Positions 1-6,853 of a stretch of DNA of 26,269 bases are shown here, piece after piece (the first letter of the stretch is position 1; every line of letters starts with the position of its first letter). The translations under genes were made by a program, and so were the position numbers. Source of the stretch: a virus (taxonomy: Duplodnaviria; Caudoviricetes); the IMG/VR virus record IMGVR_UViG_3300011335_000505, positions 1 to 26,269 of that record. One strand, given 5' to 3'. The notes below the pieces were generated by a model, which did no database searches, had not been told where the DNA came from, and saw only the letters and a program-made list of their open reading frames with translations.

Positions 1-26
1 ACAATGCAATATTTAATCAATTAATT

Positions 27-209
27 ATGAATCATATTAAACAAATTGGAGCGGGTGTTATAGTTAATACCAAAGATTATAAAGGCGAATTATCACAGCA
101 TCCATCAATATTAGAGCATCCAGAACTATTTGAGATAGTTAGTGAATTACCTGATAAATATGATGTGTTGGATTATACTTCATCAACAACAGAGGAGCAG
201 ATTAACTAA
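27..209 (+). CDS. Hypothetical protein (60 aa), end of late operon
   Basis: ATG after an A/T-rich leader, same strand as the downstream lysis genes; no recognisable motif. Confidence 0.7.
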   Translation: MNHIKQIGAGVIVNTKDYKGELSQHPSILEHPELFEIVSELPDKYDVLDYTSSTTEEQIN

Positions 210-238
210 AAATATTTAAAAGTAAAATTTAAGTAACT

Positions 239-406
239 ATGCAACATCAAGACACACTAATAGGCAAATTATCAGTTTTAATTTCATTAACATTCGCTTA
301 TATAAGTGTTACCAATGTACAACCTTATTTAACTGCAATGGCAAGTATTGTAAGTATAATAGCTGGATGTTTTGCGATTAATTATTACATTAAAAAATCA
401 AAGTAA
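239..406 (+). CDS. Small membrane protein (55 aa), holin/antiholin-like; missing from the ORF track
   Basis: My translation is MQHQDTLIGKLSVLISLTFAYISVTNVQPYLTAMASIVSIIAGCFAINYYIKKSK: two hydrophobic stretches and a basic C-terminus. The stop at 404-406 is 1 nt before the next ATG at 408. Confidence 0.75.
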   Translation: MQHQDTLIGKLSVLISLTFAYISVTNVQPYLTAMASIVSIIAGCFAINYYIKKSK

Positions 407-407
407 A

Positions 408-665
408 ATGAAAGACAATTTTATAAATAGTATGTTAGGCGAAGGTGGAAAAATAAGCCATAAAAGATTTATAAGCGTACTGCTAAGTATAGCAGTTACA
501 TTTGTGTTAATATGGGCAACAGTTAAATATAAAGAACTGATAACTGGAATGTATAATAGTGCCTTAATATTTATATCTGTAATGTCGGGAGTGGCAACAG
601 TAGGGCAGATAGTAGCACTTGTAAAAGGAACTCCGGCACCAAAAGAAGAAAATAAACAAGATTAA
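408..665 (+). CDS. Putative holin (85 aa, 2 TM segments)
   Basis: ATG at 408 (MKDNFINS...) preferred over the TTG at 372. Two TM-like segments (FISVLLSIAVTFVLIWATV; ALIFISVMSGVATVGQIVALV), charged C-terminal tail, located in the lysis cassette. Confidence 0.7.
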   Translation: MKDNFINSMLGEGGKISHKRFISVLLSIAVTFVLIWATVKYKELITGMYNSALIFISVMSGVATVGQIVALVKGTPAPKEENKQD

Positions 666-674
666 AATAATACT

Positions 675-1313
675 ATGTCACATCACATAACAAAGTCACC
701 ACCGAATAAGCAACTAATCTACTTAGCTATATTAATTGCATTATTAATATTTTTAATTGGGTTGCAAAGTTGTTCGTCAGAACGCAAAGCATTAAAGCCA
801 TACAAGGCAGTTAATAGTGATGTTGATACTTCATTCAAGGCAAAGAAAATAGAGTTAATAAGTAGGGTGTGTGCAGTTAATTTTCCTATTGAAATAAAGA
901 CAATAGTAAAGGATTCGATTACTACTAAAATAGTTAGAGTACAAGATAATAATTTGGTAAATAAATTGAAAGCAGAACTTGCCAAAAAGTGTAAAGATAT
1001 TAATATAGATTCGATATATAATTTGCTCCCATTTGATACCATCTACATAGATCATTACAAAACTAAAACAGTAACGCAAAAAGACACATTGAGCCTTTAC
1101 AATATGGGTGTTGAAAATAGTAGATTAGTTTATTATAACAAACAATTAAAAGGTATAATTGATGACAATAATAAAGATATTGAAAAGCTAAATAAGAATT
1201 TAAAATTAGCTGATAAATGGAGAATAAGATGTTTTATCATAATGGCTTTAATTATTTGTTACTTTGGAATAAAAGTGTTTAATTTTGTTAGAAGTTTCAA
1301 TATACCTATTTAA
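675..1313 (+). CDS. Lipoprotein with C-terminal TM helix; putative unimolecular spanin
   Basis: Hydrophobic signal peptide ending in lipobox LQS-C33, coiled-coil near the C-terminus, C-terminal TM (CFIIMALIICYFGIKVF); lies between holin and endolysin. Confidence 0.7.
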   Translation: MSHHITKSPPNKQLIYLAILIALLIFLIGLQSCSSERKALKPYKAVNSDVDTSFKAKKIELISRVCAVNFPIEIKTIVKDSITTKIVRVQDNNLVNKLKAELAKKCKDINIDSIYNLLPFDTIYIDHYKTKTVTQKDTLSLYNMGVENSRLVYYNKQLKGIIDDNNKDIEKLNKNLKLADKWRIRCFIIMALIICYFGIKVFNFVRSFNIPI

Positions 1314-1315
1314 TT

Positions 1316-2320
1316 ATGCCTATAACACCAATTAAGCTAACAATAGCTAAAGAATTTCGGTTAAAGTACGGAGCTGAAATGCCAACTGCTAAGTTAGCTA
1401 GATTAATGTACGAGGAATGTCCGGAAGCGTTTAATAATATTGAACACGCTAGGACAACATTACGAATGATTGAAGGCAAGATAGGTAAACATAGCAGAAA
1501 GTATGTTGCAGACAAATCATTATTTATAAAAGAATCAAGAACATCCACCCCTTATTCATTACCTAAATCGGACGAAGAAAGTTTTGAGTTATTTCAAATC
1601 AAAGGACATAAAAAAGGTTTTATAATTAATGATGTTCATTTGCCTTATCATTCAGTTTCAGCACTAACGGCTGCTATTGACTTCGCAAAAAAAGAAAAGC
1701 CTGATTTTATTTTTATCAATGGTGACTTAGTGGACTTTCACTCAGTTAGCTATTTTCAGAAAGACCCACGTAAAAAAAGATTTAGTGAAGAATTAGATAT
1801 ATTAAAACAATTCATAGGTGAGTTGCATACGATTTTTAAAGGTGCTAAAATTTATTATAAGTTTGGCAATCACGAGGAAAGATACGATAGTTTTTTATAT
1901 CAAAAAGCACACGAATTAAAGGGAGTTGAAGAGTTTGAACTGGAGCAGATAGTAAAAAAAAGATGTCCTAATATAACTATAATAAGGGACAAAAGAATAG
2001 TAGTAATGAACGGGTTGCCTTTCATTCACGGGCACGAATTTGGTCGTGGTGTATTTAATCCAGTTAATGCTGCTAGAGGGTTGTTTCTGCAAGCTAAACA
2101 TTCAGCAGTTAAAGGCGACTGCCATACATCAAGCGAACATACTGAGCCAAATATCTTTGGTAAAATTATGACAACTTATAGCGTTGGTTGTTTATGTGGT
2201 TTGACTCCTAAATGGTTGCCGATGAATAAATGGAATCACGGATTCGCAATGATTGACGTTTCAGAAAAAGGAAAATTTAAATTTAGAAATTATCGTATTC
2301 ACAACGGAGAAGTGATGTAA
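1316..2320 (+). CDS. Calcineurin-like metallophosphoesterase
   Basis: Metal-binding motifs in order: DVH, GDLVD, GNHE, HGH, GDCHT (variant of GHxH). Confidence 0.9.
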   Translation: MPITPIKLTIAKEFRLKYGAEMPTAKLARLMYEECPEAFNNIEHARTTLRMIEGKIGKHSRKYVADKSLFIKESRTSTPYSLPKSDEESFELFQIKGHKKGFIINDVHLPYHSVSALTAAIDFAKKEKPDFIFINGDLVDFHSVSYFQKDPRKKRFSEELDILKQFIGELHTIFKGAKIYYKFGNHEERYDSFLYQKAHELKGVEEFELEQIVKKRCPNITIIRDKRIVVMNGLPFIHGHEFGRGVFNPVNAARGLFLQAKHSAVKGDCHTSSEHTEPNIFGKIMTTYSVGCLCGLTPKWLPMNKWNHGFAMIDVSEKGKFKFRNYRIHNGEVM

Positions 2321-2373
2321 TATGTCGACTATAATGTGCATATTACTTGACAATGTCGTAAATAATCAACAAT

Positions 2374-2829
2374 ATGAAAATAACACAAATTAGTGATGCT
2401 TGTATTGACTTAGTAAAGTCATTTGAGGGGTTCTTTTCAAAGCCTTATTTATGTCCGGCAAATGTCCCAACAATAGGTTATGGGACTATTCTATATCCTA
2501 ATGGTAAAAAGGTAACTTTAAAAGATTATCCTTGTACTGAAGAGCAAGCAATAGAATGGATGAGATTTGAATTAAACCAAAAAGCAAAAGAAGTTGATGC
2601 TATGACAAGCGATGCAGTTACCCAACATCAATTTGATGCGTTAGTGTCATTTGCTTATAACTGCGGTTCGGGTGCTTTAAAAGGTTCTACACTACTTAAA
2701 AGAGTAAACAATAATCCTGCAGACTTAACTATTGTTGATGCATTTTTGATGTGGACTAAGGCAGACGGAAAAACATTAAACGGTTTAGTTAGAAGAAGAA
2801 AAGCAGAAGCTAAACTATATTTTAGTTAA
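2374..2829 (+). CDS. Endolysin, GH24 (T4/P22-like) lysozyme
   Basis: FEGFFSKPYLCPANVPTIGYG gives the E-x8-C-x5-T triad; also QFDALVSFAYNCG and C-terminal GLVRRRKAE. Confidence 0.95.
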   Translation: MKITQISDACIDLVKSFEGFFSKPYLCPANVPTIGYGTILYPNGKKVTLKDYPCTEEQAIEWMRFELNQKAKEVDAMTSDAVTQHQFDALVSFAYNCGSGALKGSTLLKRVNNNPADLTIVDAFLMWTKADGKTLNGLVRRRKAEAKLYFS

Positions 2830-3132
2830 AATTTTAGTATATTGTTTATAATAATATTTCAAACTAATCTTCTTGCCAGTAACTTTACGATAAACAGAAT
2901 ATCCAATTGCAGGGCAAGGGAATGAACGATGCCAACCACCACATACATAATTTACAACAACATCATCAAAGTTTCTAATTAGTGGCTTTATTGGTAGTTT
3001 ACTAACTCCTAATTTCTTATCTCCAACATTTATAAACTTCCATCCTTGATGTTCTTTTATAGCATATTCTTTACCGTGTGTGTCCCACACACGATGCCAC
3101 ACGTTATCATAGTATATGGTATTTTGTAACAT
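2815..3132 (-). CDS. Hypothetical protein (105 aa), last gene of the leftward early region
   Basis: ATG with A-rich leader; converges on and overlaps the endolysin 3' end by 15 nt. Confidence 0.7.
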   Translation of the reverse strand: MLQNTIYYDNVWHRVWDTHGKEYAIKEHQGWKFINVGDKKLGVSKLPIKPLIRNFDDVVVNYVCGGWHRSFPCPAIGYSVYRKVTGKKISLKYYYKQYTKILTKI

Positions 3133-3151
3133 TGATTATTAATTGATTAAT

Positions 3152-3179
3152 GTTAGGTGCATATATTAGAGAGTTAAAT
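3152..3179 (+). other. attI-like recombination half-site with two GTTRRRY cores
   Basis: GTTAGGTGCA (3152) and GTTAAATGCA (3173) are 8/10 direct repeats 21 bp apart; the second is the left boundary of the cassette. Confidence 0.45.
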
Positions 3180-3649
3180 GCAATGGCTACCAGCCTGCAC
3201 CTCTTGAAACTGTTTATATAAATCTTCATCAGAGTAATGGAAACCATTTGAGCCGCCAGGCTGACACCACCCTTCTGCGTATCTTTTCAGGTCTTGTTCG
3301 CCAAACCATTTTATAAAATCCATTATCTGCTCTTTCTTTGAATCTAAAAAGCCTTTGTTATAAGACTTTCTTAATGGCTCACCCCAGATAACCACAGGTT
3401 CTTCTTTTTGCTCAAAATGTTTGGCAACCAAATTAAGGATGGCTGTATATTTATCAATATTAACCTTCCCGTTAACTTCAATTAGTTTTGCCAATTCAAT
3501 TATAAAAGTTTCTTTTTCCATATTTTATTTTTTTAGTTCACTAAATTAACCGCCACTGCATTTAACAATGTGTTTTGCGTCAGTCGGGCAGACGGAACAT
3601 ATCCAAGCTGCGGTTTTCCAAATTCCCGCCCGAACGCAAAGCACCAACG
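3173..3649 (+). mobile_element. Integron-like gene cassette (one ORF plus attC-like site)
   Basis: GTTAAATGCAATGGC (3173-3187) is the 14/15 reverse complement of GCCACTGCATTTAAC (3552-3566), which opens the attC-like hairpin; exactly one ORF lies between them. Confidence 0.7.
3174..3521 (-). CDS. Hypothetical protein (115 aa), cassette cargo
   Basis: ATG with A-rich leader; its TAA stop falls inside the GTTAAAT core at 3173-3179. Confidence 0.8.
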   Translation of the reverse strand: MEKETFIIELAKLIEVNGKVNIDKYTAILNLVAKHFEQKEEPVVIWGEPLRKSYNKGFLDSKKEQIMDFIKWFGEQDLKRYAEGWCQPGGSNGFHYSDEDLYKQFQEVQAGSHCI

Positions 3650-3655
3650 TTAGCT
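3560..3655 (+). repeat. attC-like imperfect palindrome (96 bp)
   Basis: ATTTAAC-AATGT-GTTTTGCGT-(CAG bulge)-TCGGGC ... GCCCGA-ACGCAAAGC-ACCAAC-GTTAGCT; clearly more GC-rich than its surroundings. Confidence 0.75.
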
Positions 3656-3669
3656 AATATACTACATTA

Positions 3670-3873
3670 CTATTTATTAAAAGTTTCATTGTAGTATTGT
3701 TCTGCAAATTCTTTACTATTTTGCTCACTTATACAATCTGAATTATCACCATTCCAAAAAGCATCTATTATCTGTTGCTTTTCCATTTCTTTGGCTAATG
3801 AGATTGCATCTATTGCCAACATATTGTTTTTGGTTATTTGATAGATAAACCAATCTAAGGCAGTTTGTTTCAT
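3670..3873 (-). CDS. Hypothetical phage protein (MKQTA-x-x-W...AKEMEKQQIIDA type)
   Basis: Pattern I recall from many aquatic Bacteroidota phages; function unknown. Confidence 0.85.
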   Translation of the reverse strand: MKQTALDWFIYQITKNNMLAIDAISLAKEMEKQQIIDAFWNGDNSDCISEQNSKEFAEQYYNETFNK

Positions 3874-3882
3874 AGTTTATTT

Positions 3883-4164
3883 TTAAAGTTTACAAATGGC
3901 ATCATCCACATCATTGTAATTATCATCTAAATACTTGTCAATAATAGCGTTCTCACTTTCATTATAAAGTGATTTATTCCATTCAATTGTATCTTCACAA
4001 GTTGTAACTATTTCAACAGTTGCCGAATATTTAAAGCCCCAGTATTCTCCTGCATCTTCTCCCACATCTATTGAATGAGGTTCGCCGGTAAATTCTACAT
4101 CTAAAAAATAAGATTCACCATTTAATAATGATGGCATTTCAATTTGTCTTGTTATTGTTTCCAT
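3883..4164 (-). CDS. Hypothetical acidic protein (93 aa)
   Basis: Tightly packed in the leftward operon; rich in D and E. Confidence 0.8.
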   Translation of the reverse strand: METITRQIEMPSLLNGESYFLDVEFTGEPHSIDVGEDAGEYWGFKYSATVEIVTTCEDTIEWNKSLYNESENAIIDKYLDDNYNDVDDAICKL

Positions 4165-4165
4165 T

Positions 4166-4402
4166 TTATAAAATTGTAAGGGTTATGTCTAATTCAATAT
4201 TTTCGATGACTGATTTGTGTACAAAAAAGTAATCTTTTTCATCAAACTTTAATTCATAACCTAATTCAGCTAATTTGTCAATGCTTGATTTTTCAACGTT
4301 TCCTTGCAATGCTATTCGATAACCGGAATAAGCAATCGAATAAAACATTTCTGCATCTACTTTGGTTAATAACTCTTGTAAAATTTCATTTACTTTTTTC
4401 AT
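4166..4402 (-). CDS. Hypothetical protein (78 aa)
   Basis: ATG after an A-rich leader; stop is 1 nt from the next start. Confidence 0.8.
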   Translation of the reverse strand: MKKVNEILQELLTKVDAEMFYSIAYSGYRIALQGNVEKSSIDKLAELGYELKFDEKDYFFVHKSVIENIELDITLTIL

Positions 4403-4413
4403 TTTGTTTTTTT

Positions 4414-4806
4414 TTAATTGTTTAAATATTGAAAGATAAAGTGTTTATGTTTTCTAGACCCATTGCAACACAGGCTTACTGTTCCTTTACTAACTTGTAA
4501 TGTAGTTGCAGCCTCAGCTACACTATCATAAACTTGAGAATTGCCATCACTATCACTGGCAATAACTCTTTTCTTATGCCATTGCCCACGTTTGCAGGGT
4601 TGCTCTAGTATGCTTGCAATAACTTCTTTGTAGTTGACGCACTCAATCACAAAGCAATAACCTTTTGCTTGTTTAAATCTATTATTCAATACAAGCCAAA
4701 TACTGCTTACATCTATTTTTAATTTAGTGCTTGCTTCACTAATGCTTTGATATTGGGAATATCGGCCGGTGCTTATTTTGTAAGCTATTATAGGTTGTGG
4801 TTGCAT
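4414..4806 (-). CDS. Tandem NUMOD1 (IENR1) HTH DNA-binding domain protein
   Basis: Two repeats: YQSISEASTKLKIDVSSIWLVLNNRFKQAKGYCF and YDSVAEAATTLQVSKGTVSLCCNGSRKHKHFIF. Confidence 0.85.
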   Translation of the reverse strand: MQPQPIIAYKISTGRYSQYQSISEASTKLKIDVSSIWLVLNNRFKQAKGYCFVIECVNYKEVIASILEQPCKRGQWHKKRVIASDSDGNSQVYDSVAEAATTLQVSKGTVSLCCNGSRKHKHFIFQYLNN

Positions 4807-5006
4807 TATGCTATTTTAGTTTTATCAATATTTTCACCTTTATAGAAGTGAGTATTTTGTCTGTTCTCAACTTTACGACATTCAATAGGATATTTAGCAT
4901 TTAACTGGTCTTGGTTTAGCTTTTCACCATTGATATAGTAAAAACCTTTAGTGAAAGTTGCAGAGTGCCTTATGGCTTTATTTGCTAGAAATTTAAAGAT
5001 GTGCAT
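4806..5006 (-). CDS. Hypothetical protein (66 aa)
   Basis: Stop overlaps the next start (TAATG), suggesting translational coupling. Confidence 0.75.
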   Translation of the reverse strand: MHIFKFLANKAIRHSATFTKGFYYINGEKLNQDQLNAKYPIECRKVENRQNTHFYKGENIDKTKIA

Positions 5007-5025
5007 TCTTTTTGATTTAGGTTTT

Positions 5026-5054
5026 AAAAAAGTCTGCGTTGTTCAGTCGCAGCC
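5026..5054 (-). terminator. Weak intrinsic terminator or attenuator hairpin
   Basis: Minus strand GGCTGCG-ACTGAACAA-CGCAGAC-TTTTTT, just after the stop of 5065..5304. Confidence 0.45.
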
Positions 5055-5064
5055 CTGAGGATGT

Positions 5065-5304
5065 TTAGCTAAAAGCTGGAGCCATTGAATATGTACCTAA
5101 TGCCATAACATACTCGCTGCCATCGTAGCCTACTTTTACCTTTTTGCGTACAATGCTATTCATTACCTTAACAGTTACATAATCACCTTTTCTGCTTAAT
5201 ACATCAGCTGTAAAAATGCAATCATTATCACAAATGCTTCTTGCTGTAATTGTTGTTCCTGCTTTTATCACTTTTGTTTCAATTTGTGTGTTTGTGTTTG
5301 TCAT
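5065..5304 (-). CDS. Hypothetical beta-rich protein (79 aa)
   Basis: First gene after the promoter at 5325-5332; A-rich leader. Confidence 0.8.
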   Translation of the reverse strand: MTNTNTQIETKVIKAGTTITARSICDNDCIFTADVLSRKGDYVTVKVMNSIVRKKVKVGYDGSEYVMALGTYSMAPAFS

Positions 5305-5324
5305 ATCTTTTTTGTTTTGTTACA

Positions 5325-5354
5325 CAAAGATAAAATGTAACACCATACTACAAA
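5325..5354 (-). promoter_or_regulatory. Bacteroidota housekeeping-sigma promoter
   Basis: Minus strand TTTG (5354-5351), 18-nt spacer, then TATCTTTG (5332-5325), matching the -33 TTTG and -7 TAnnTTTG consensus. Confidence 0.75.
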
Positions 5355-5362
5355 ATGAAATC

Positions 5363-5379
5363 TACGCAATCGTGTGCGT
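5363..5379. promoter_or_regulatory. LacI/PurR-type operator-like palindrome, copy 1
   Basis: ACGCAATCGTGTGCGT (5364-5379); its TACGCAATCGT part recurs at 8660-8670. Confidence 0.6.
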
Positions 5380-5383
5380 TAGA

Positions 5384-5719
5384 TTAGAAAGGCAAGTCAG
5401 AACTTAAATCAGGTTCAACTGTTTTAGGTGCTGCAACAGCAACTCCATCAACTGCTACTTTCCAACATTGCAAAGTATTAAATACAACTACTTCGCCCTT
5501 TGGATTAGTCCATTCTCTACCTCTCAAATTAATACTGCAATTTACTTCGCTGCCAATTGCAACATTATTAAACAAATTTACTTTGTCACCACTAACTTCA
5601 ATCTCGATAGTTTGCGGATAGTTACCACTTGCATCAGTTGTTAGCCATACTTTACGACTTACAAAATTGCCACGTTCTACTTGTGCATTTACTTTTTTCA
5701 ATATACCTTTAAGTTCCAT
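5384..5719 (-). CDS. Single-stranded DNA-binding protein, DUF3127-like OB fold
   Basis: MELKGILKKV...YPQTIEIE...INLRGREW...FNTLQCWKV with SSB-type C-terminal DLPF. Confidence 0.9.
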   Translation of the reverse strand: MELKGILKKVNAQVERGNFVSRKVWLTTDASGNYPQTIEIEVSGDKVNLFNNVAIGSEVNCSINLRGREWTNPKGEVVVFNTLQCWKVAVDGVAVAAPKTVEPDLSSDLPF

Positions 5720-5751
5720 AATTAATTGAGTAACTCCTCCGAGGTTGTTTA

Positions 5752-5853
5752 TTAAAAATCACATTCTGTGAATCCAAAATCTTCAAAACTATCTGCTAAA
5801 TCATCTATCCAGTTGCATAGCATATAGCCTATATTTCTAAGTATGTTTATCAT
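5752..5853 (-). CDS. Small acidic protein (33 aa); missing from the ORF track
   Basis: MINILRNIGYMLCNWIDDLADSFEDFGFTECDF; ATGA overlap with the upstream gene's stop. Confidence 0.55.
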   Translation of the reverse strand: MINILRNIGYMLCNWIDDLADSFEDFGFTECDF

Positions 5854-6101
5854 AGCAAATCGTTTATTTTTTTACAAGCTGTTGAACGTTTTAAATCTTC
5901 TACATTTGGCTCAATTACATAATACCACTTATCAACTGGCAACTTTAAGGTTTTAAAATTATCAATTATTTTCTTACGTTCAGAATAATTTCTGTATGCA
6001 GCAGTTCGGCACTTTTCGCCATTATACATAACTGTAATAAAACCATTGATAGCTACTACTTTACTTCTTTTTTGTATTGACATAATTCTTATAATTTTCA
6101 A
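5850..6101 (-). CDS. Hypothetical basic protein
   Basis: In-operon ORF; the start could be the later Met (MSIQKR). Confidence 0.7.
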   Translation of the reverse strand: MKIIRIMSIQKRSKVVAINGFITVMYNGEKCRTAAYRNYSERKKIIDNFKTLKLPVDKWYYVIEPNVEDLKRSTACKKINDLL

Positions 6102-6411
6102 TGATGTAATTTAATTCATCTTCATACTTTTTTGCATTTGGAAAAATATGCTCCATTGATTTATAAATGGCTAACATTTCTTTGCTTTCAAGATGTGCCG
6201 CAACGAATTTAGGTATTGCCAAAGGTTGAAAATCTGCCATAGTTAGATTGAGTGCTTGTTGTTTAGTTAAACCGCCTAAGCAATCAGTTACTTGATTACG
6301 CCATTGCATCACCTGGAGATTATACTGTTCTGTTAGAAACGTTCTAAAAGCTAACATCTCATTCTCTTTGGCTAACATTGCCAGTTGTTCAGCGTGTTGT
6401 AAATCAATCAT
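6061..6411 (-). CDS. Hypothetical protein (116 aa)
   Basis: In-operon ORF overlapping both neighbours. Confidence 0.75.
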   Translation of the reverse strand: MIDLQHAEQLAMLAKENEMLAFRTFLTEQYNLQVMQWRNQVTDCLGGLTKQQALNLTMADFQPLAIPKFVAAHLESKEMLAIYKSMEHIFPNAKKYEDELNYIIENYKNYVNTKKK

Positions 6412-6571
6412 TCCACACCTCCTTTATTAGTTGTTTAGCAAAAAATATAGAGTCATAAACTGCATCTTCTTTCTCGGTGTAAATTTCATCAAGTAGAAGT
6501 ATTGGCAATAATGCAGCTGCTAATTTAGCAACTTTTTTTTTGTAGAAATAGGTTTTGATTTTCTTAAGCAT
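6404..6571 (-). CDS. Hypothetical protein (55 aa); missing from the ORF track
   Basis: MLKKIKTYFYKKKVAKLAAALLPILLLDEIYTEKEDAVYDSIFFAKQLIKEVWND; fills the gap with 8-nt overlaps on both sides. Confidence 0.75.
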   Translation of the reverse strand: MLKKIKTYFYKKKVAKLAAALLPILLLDEIYTEKEDAVYDSIFFAKQLIKEVWND

Positions 6572-6851
6572 TTTGGTCGATTTGTTGGATTAATAAATTT
6601 GTGTATCTTAATGAATTCATTACATCTATTTTTCTTGATTCTCCATTTTCACTAACTCCATCTTTCGCTATTATCCCTGCCAATATAGTAGCAGATGTTT
6701 GTAGCAATAACTGATTAGACTTATCATCTATTTGTGTTTCCACTTGTTCTTGTTCCGGCTCCGGCTTCATACCATCAAAGAAGATTGCAGGATTTGAGAT
6801 GCTTAAAGATTCAAGTCTTTTTAAAATTGTTGATTCGCTGTAAAGTTTCAT
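6564..6851 (-). CDS. Hypothetical protein (95 aa)
   Basis: Start at 6851 (MKLYSES) preferred because it lies 2 nt after the upstream stop at 6854. Confidence 0.75.
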   Translation of the reverse strand: MKLYSESTILKRLESLSISNPAIFFDGMKPEPEQEQVETQIDDKSNQLLLQTSATILAGIIAKDGVSENGESRKIDVMNSLRYTNLLIQQIDQNA

Positions 6852-6853
6852 AA

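Noticed and set aside
372-407. TTG start at 372 for the holin
   Set aside because: Overlaps the 239..406 gene. ATG 408 follows that stop directly and has an A-rich leader.
719-2101. Minus-strand ORFs inside the spanin and phosphoesterase genes (719..1042, 855..1079, 1306..1548, 1916..2101), including a possible embedded Rz1
   Set aside because: Antisense shadows without motifs. An embedded o-spanin would be on the same strand and carry a lipobox.
2322-2393. Mini-ORF MSTIMCILLDNVVNNQQYENNTN between phosphoesterase and endolysin
   Set aside because: Only 23 aa, overlaps the endolysin start and has no supporting feature.
3156-3184. True chromosomal dif site or Xer-dependent attP
   Set aside because: Only the XerC-like arm resembles dif (8/11). 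No TTATGTTAAAT arm follows at 6-bp spacing, so it is kept only as a resemblance.
3560-3655. tRNA or simple intrinsic terminator
   Set aside because: No cloverleaf or T-loop motif and no adjacent U-tract on either strand. The AAC...GTT ends and the distant matching core fit an attC-like site better.
5216-5407. Plus-strand 63-aa hydrophobic ORF
   Set aside because: Antisense to 5065..5304 and runs across its promoter and operator; the hydrophobicity reflects the T-rich complement of an A-rich leader.
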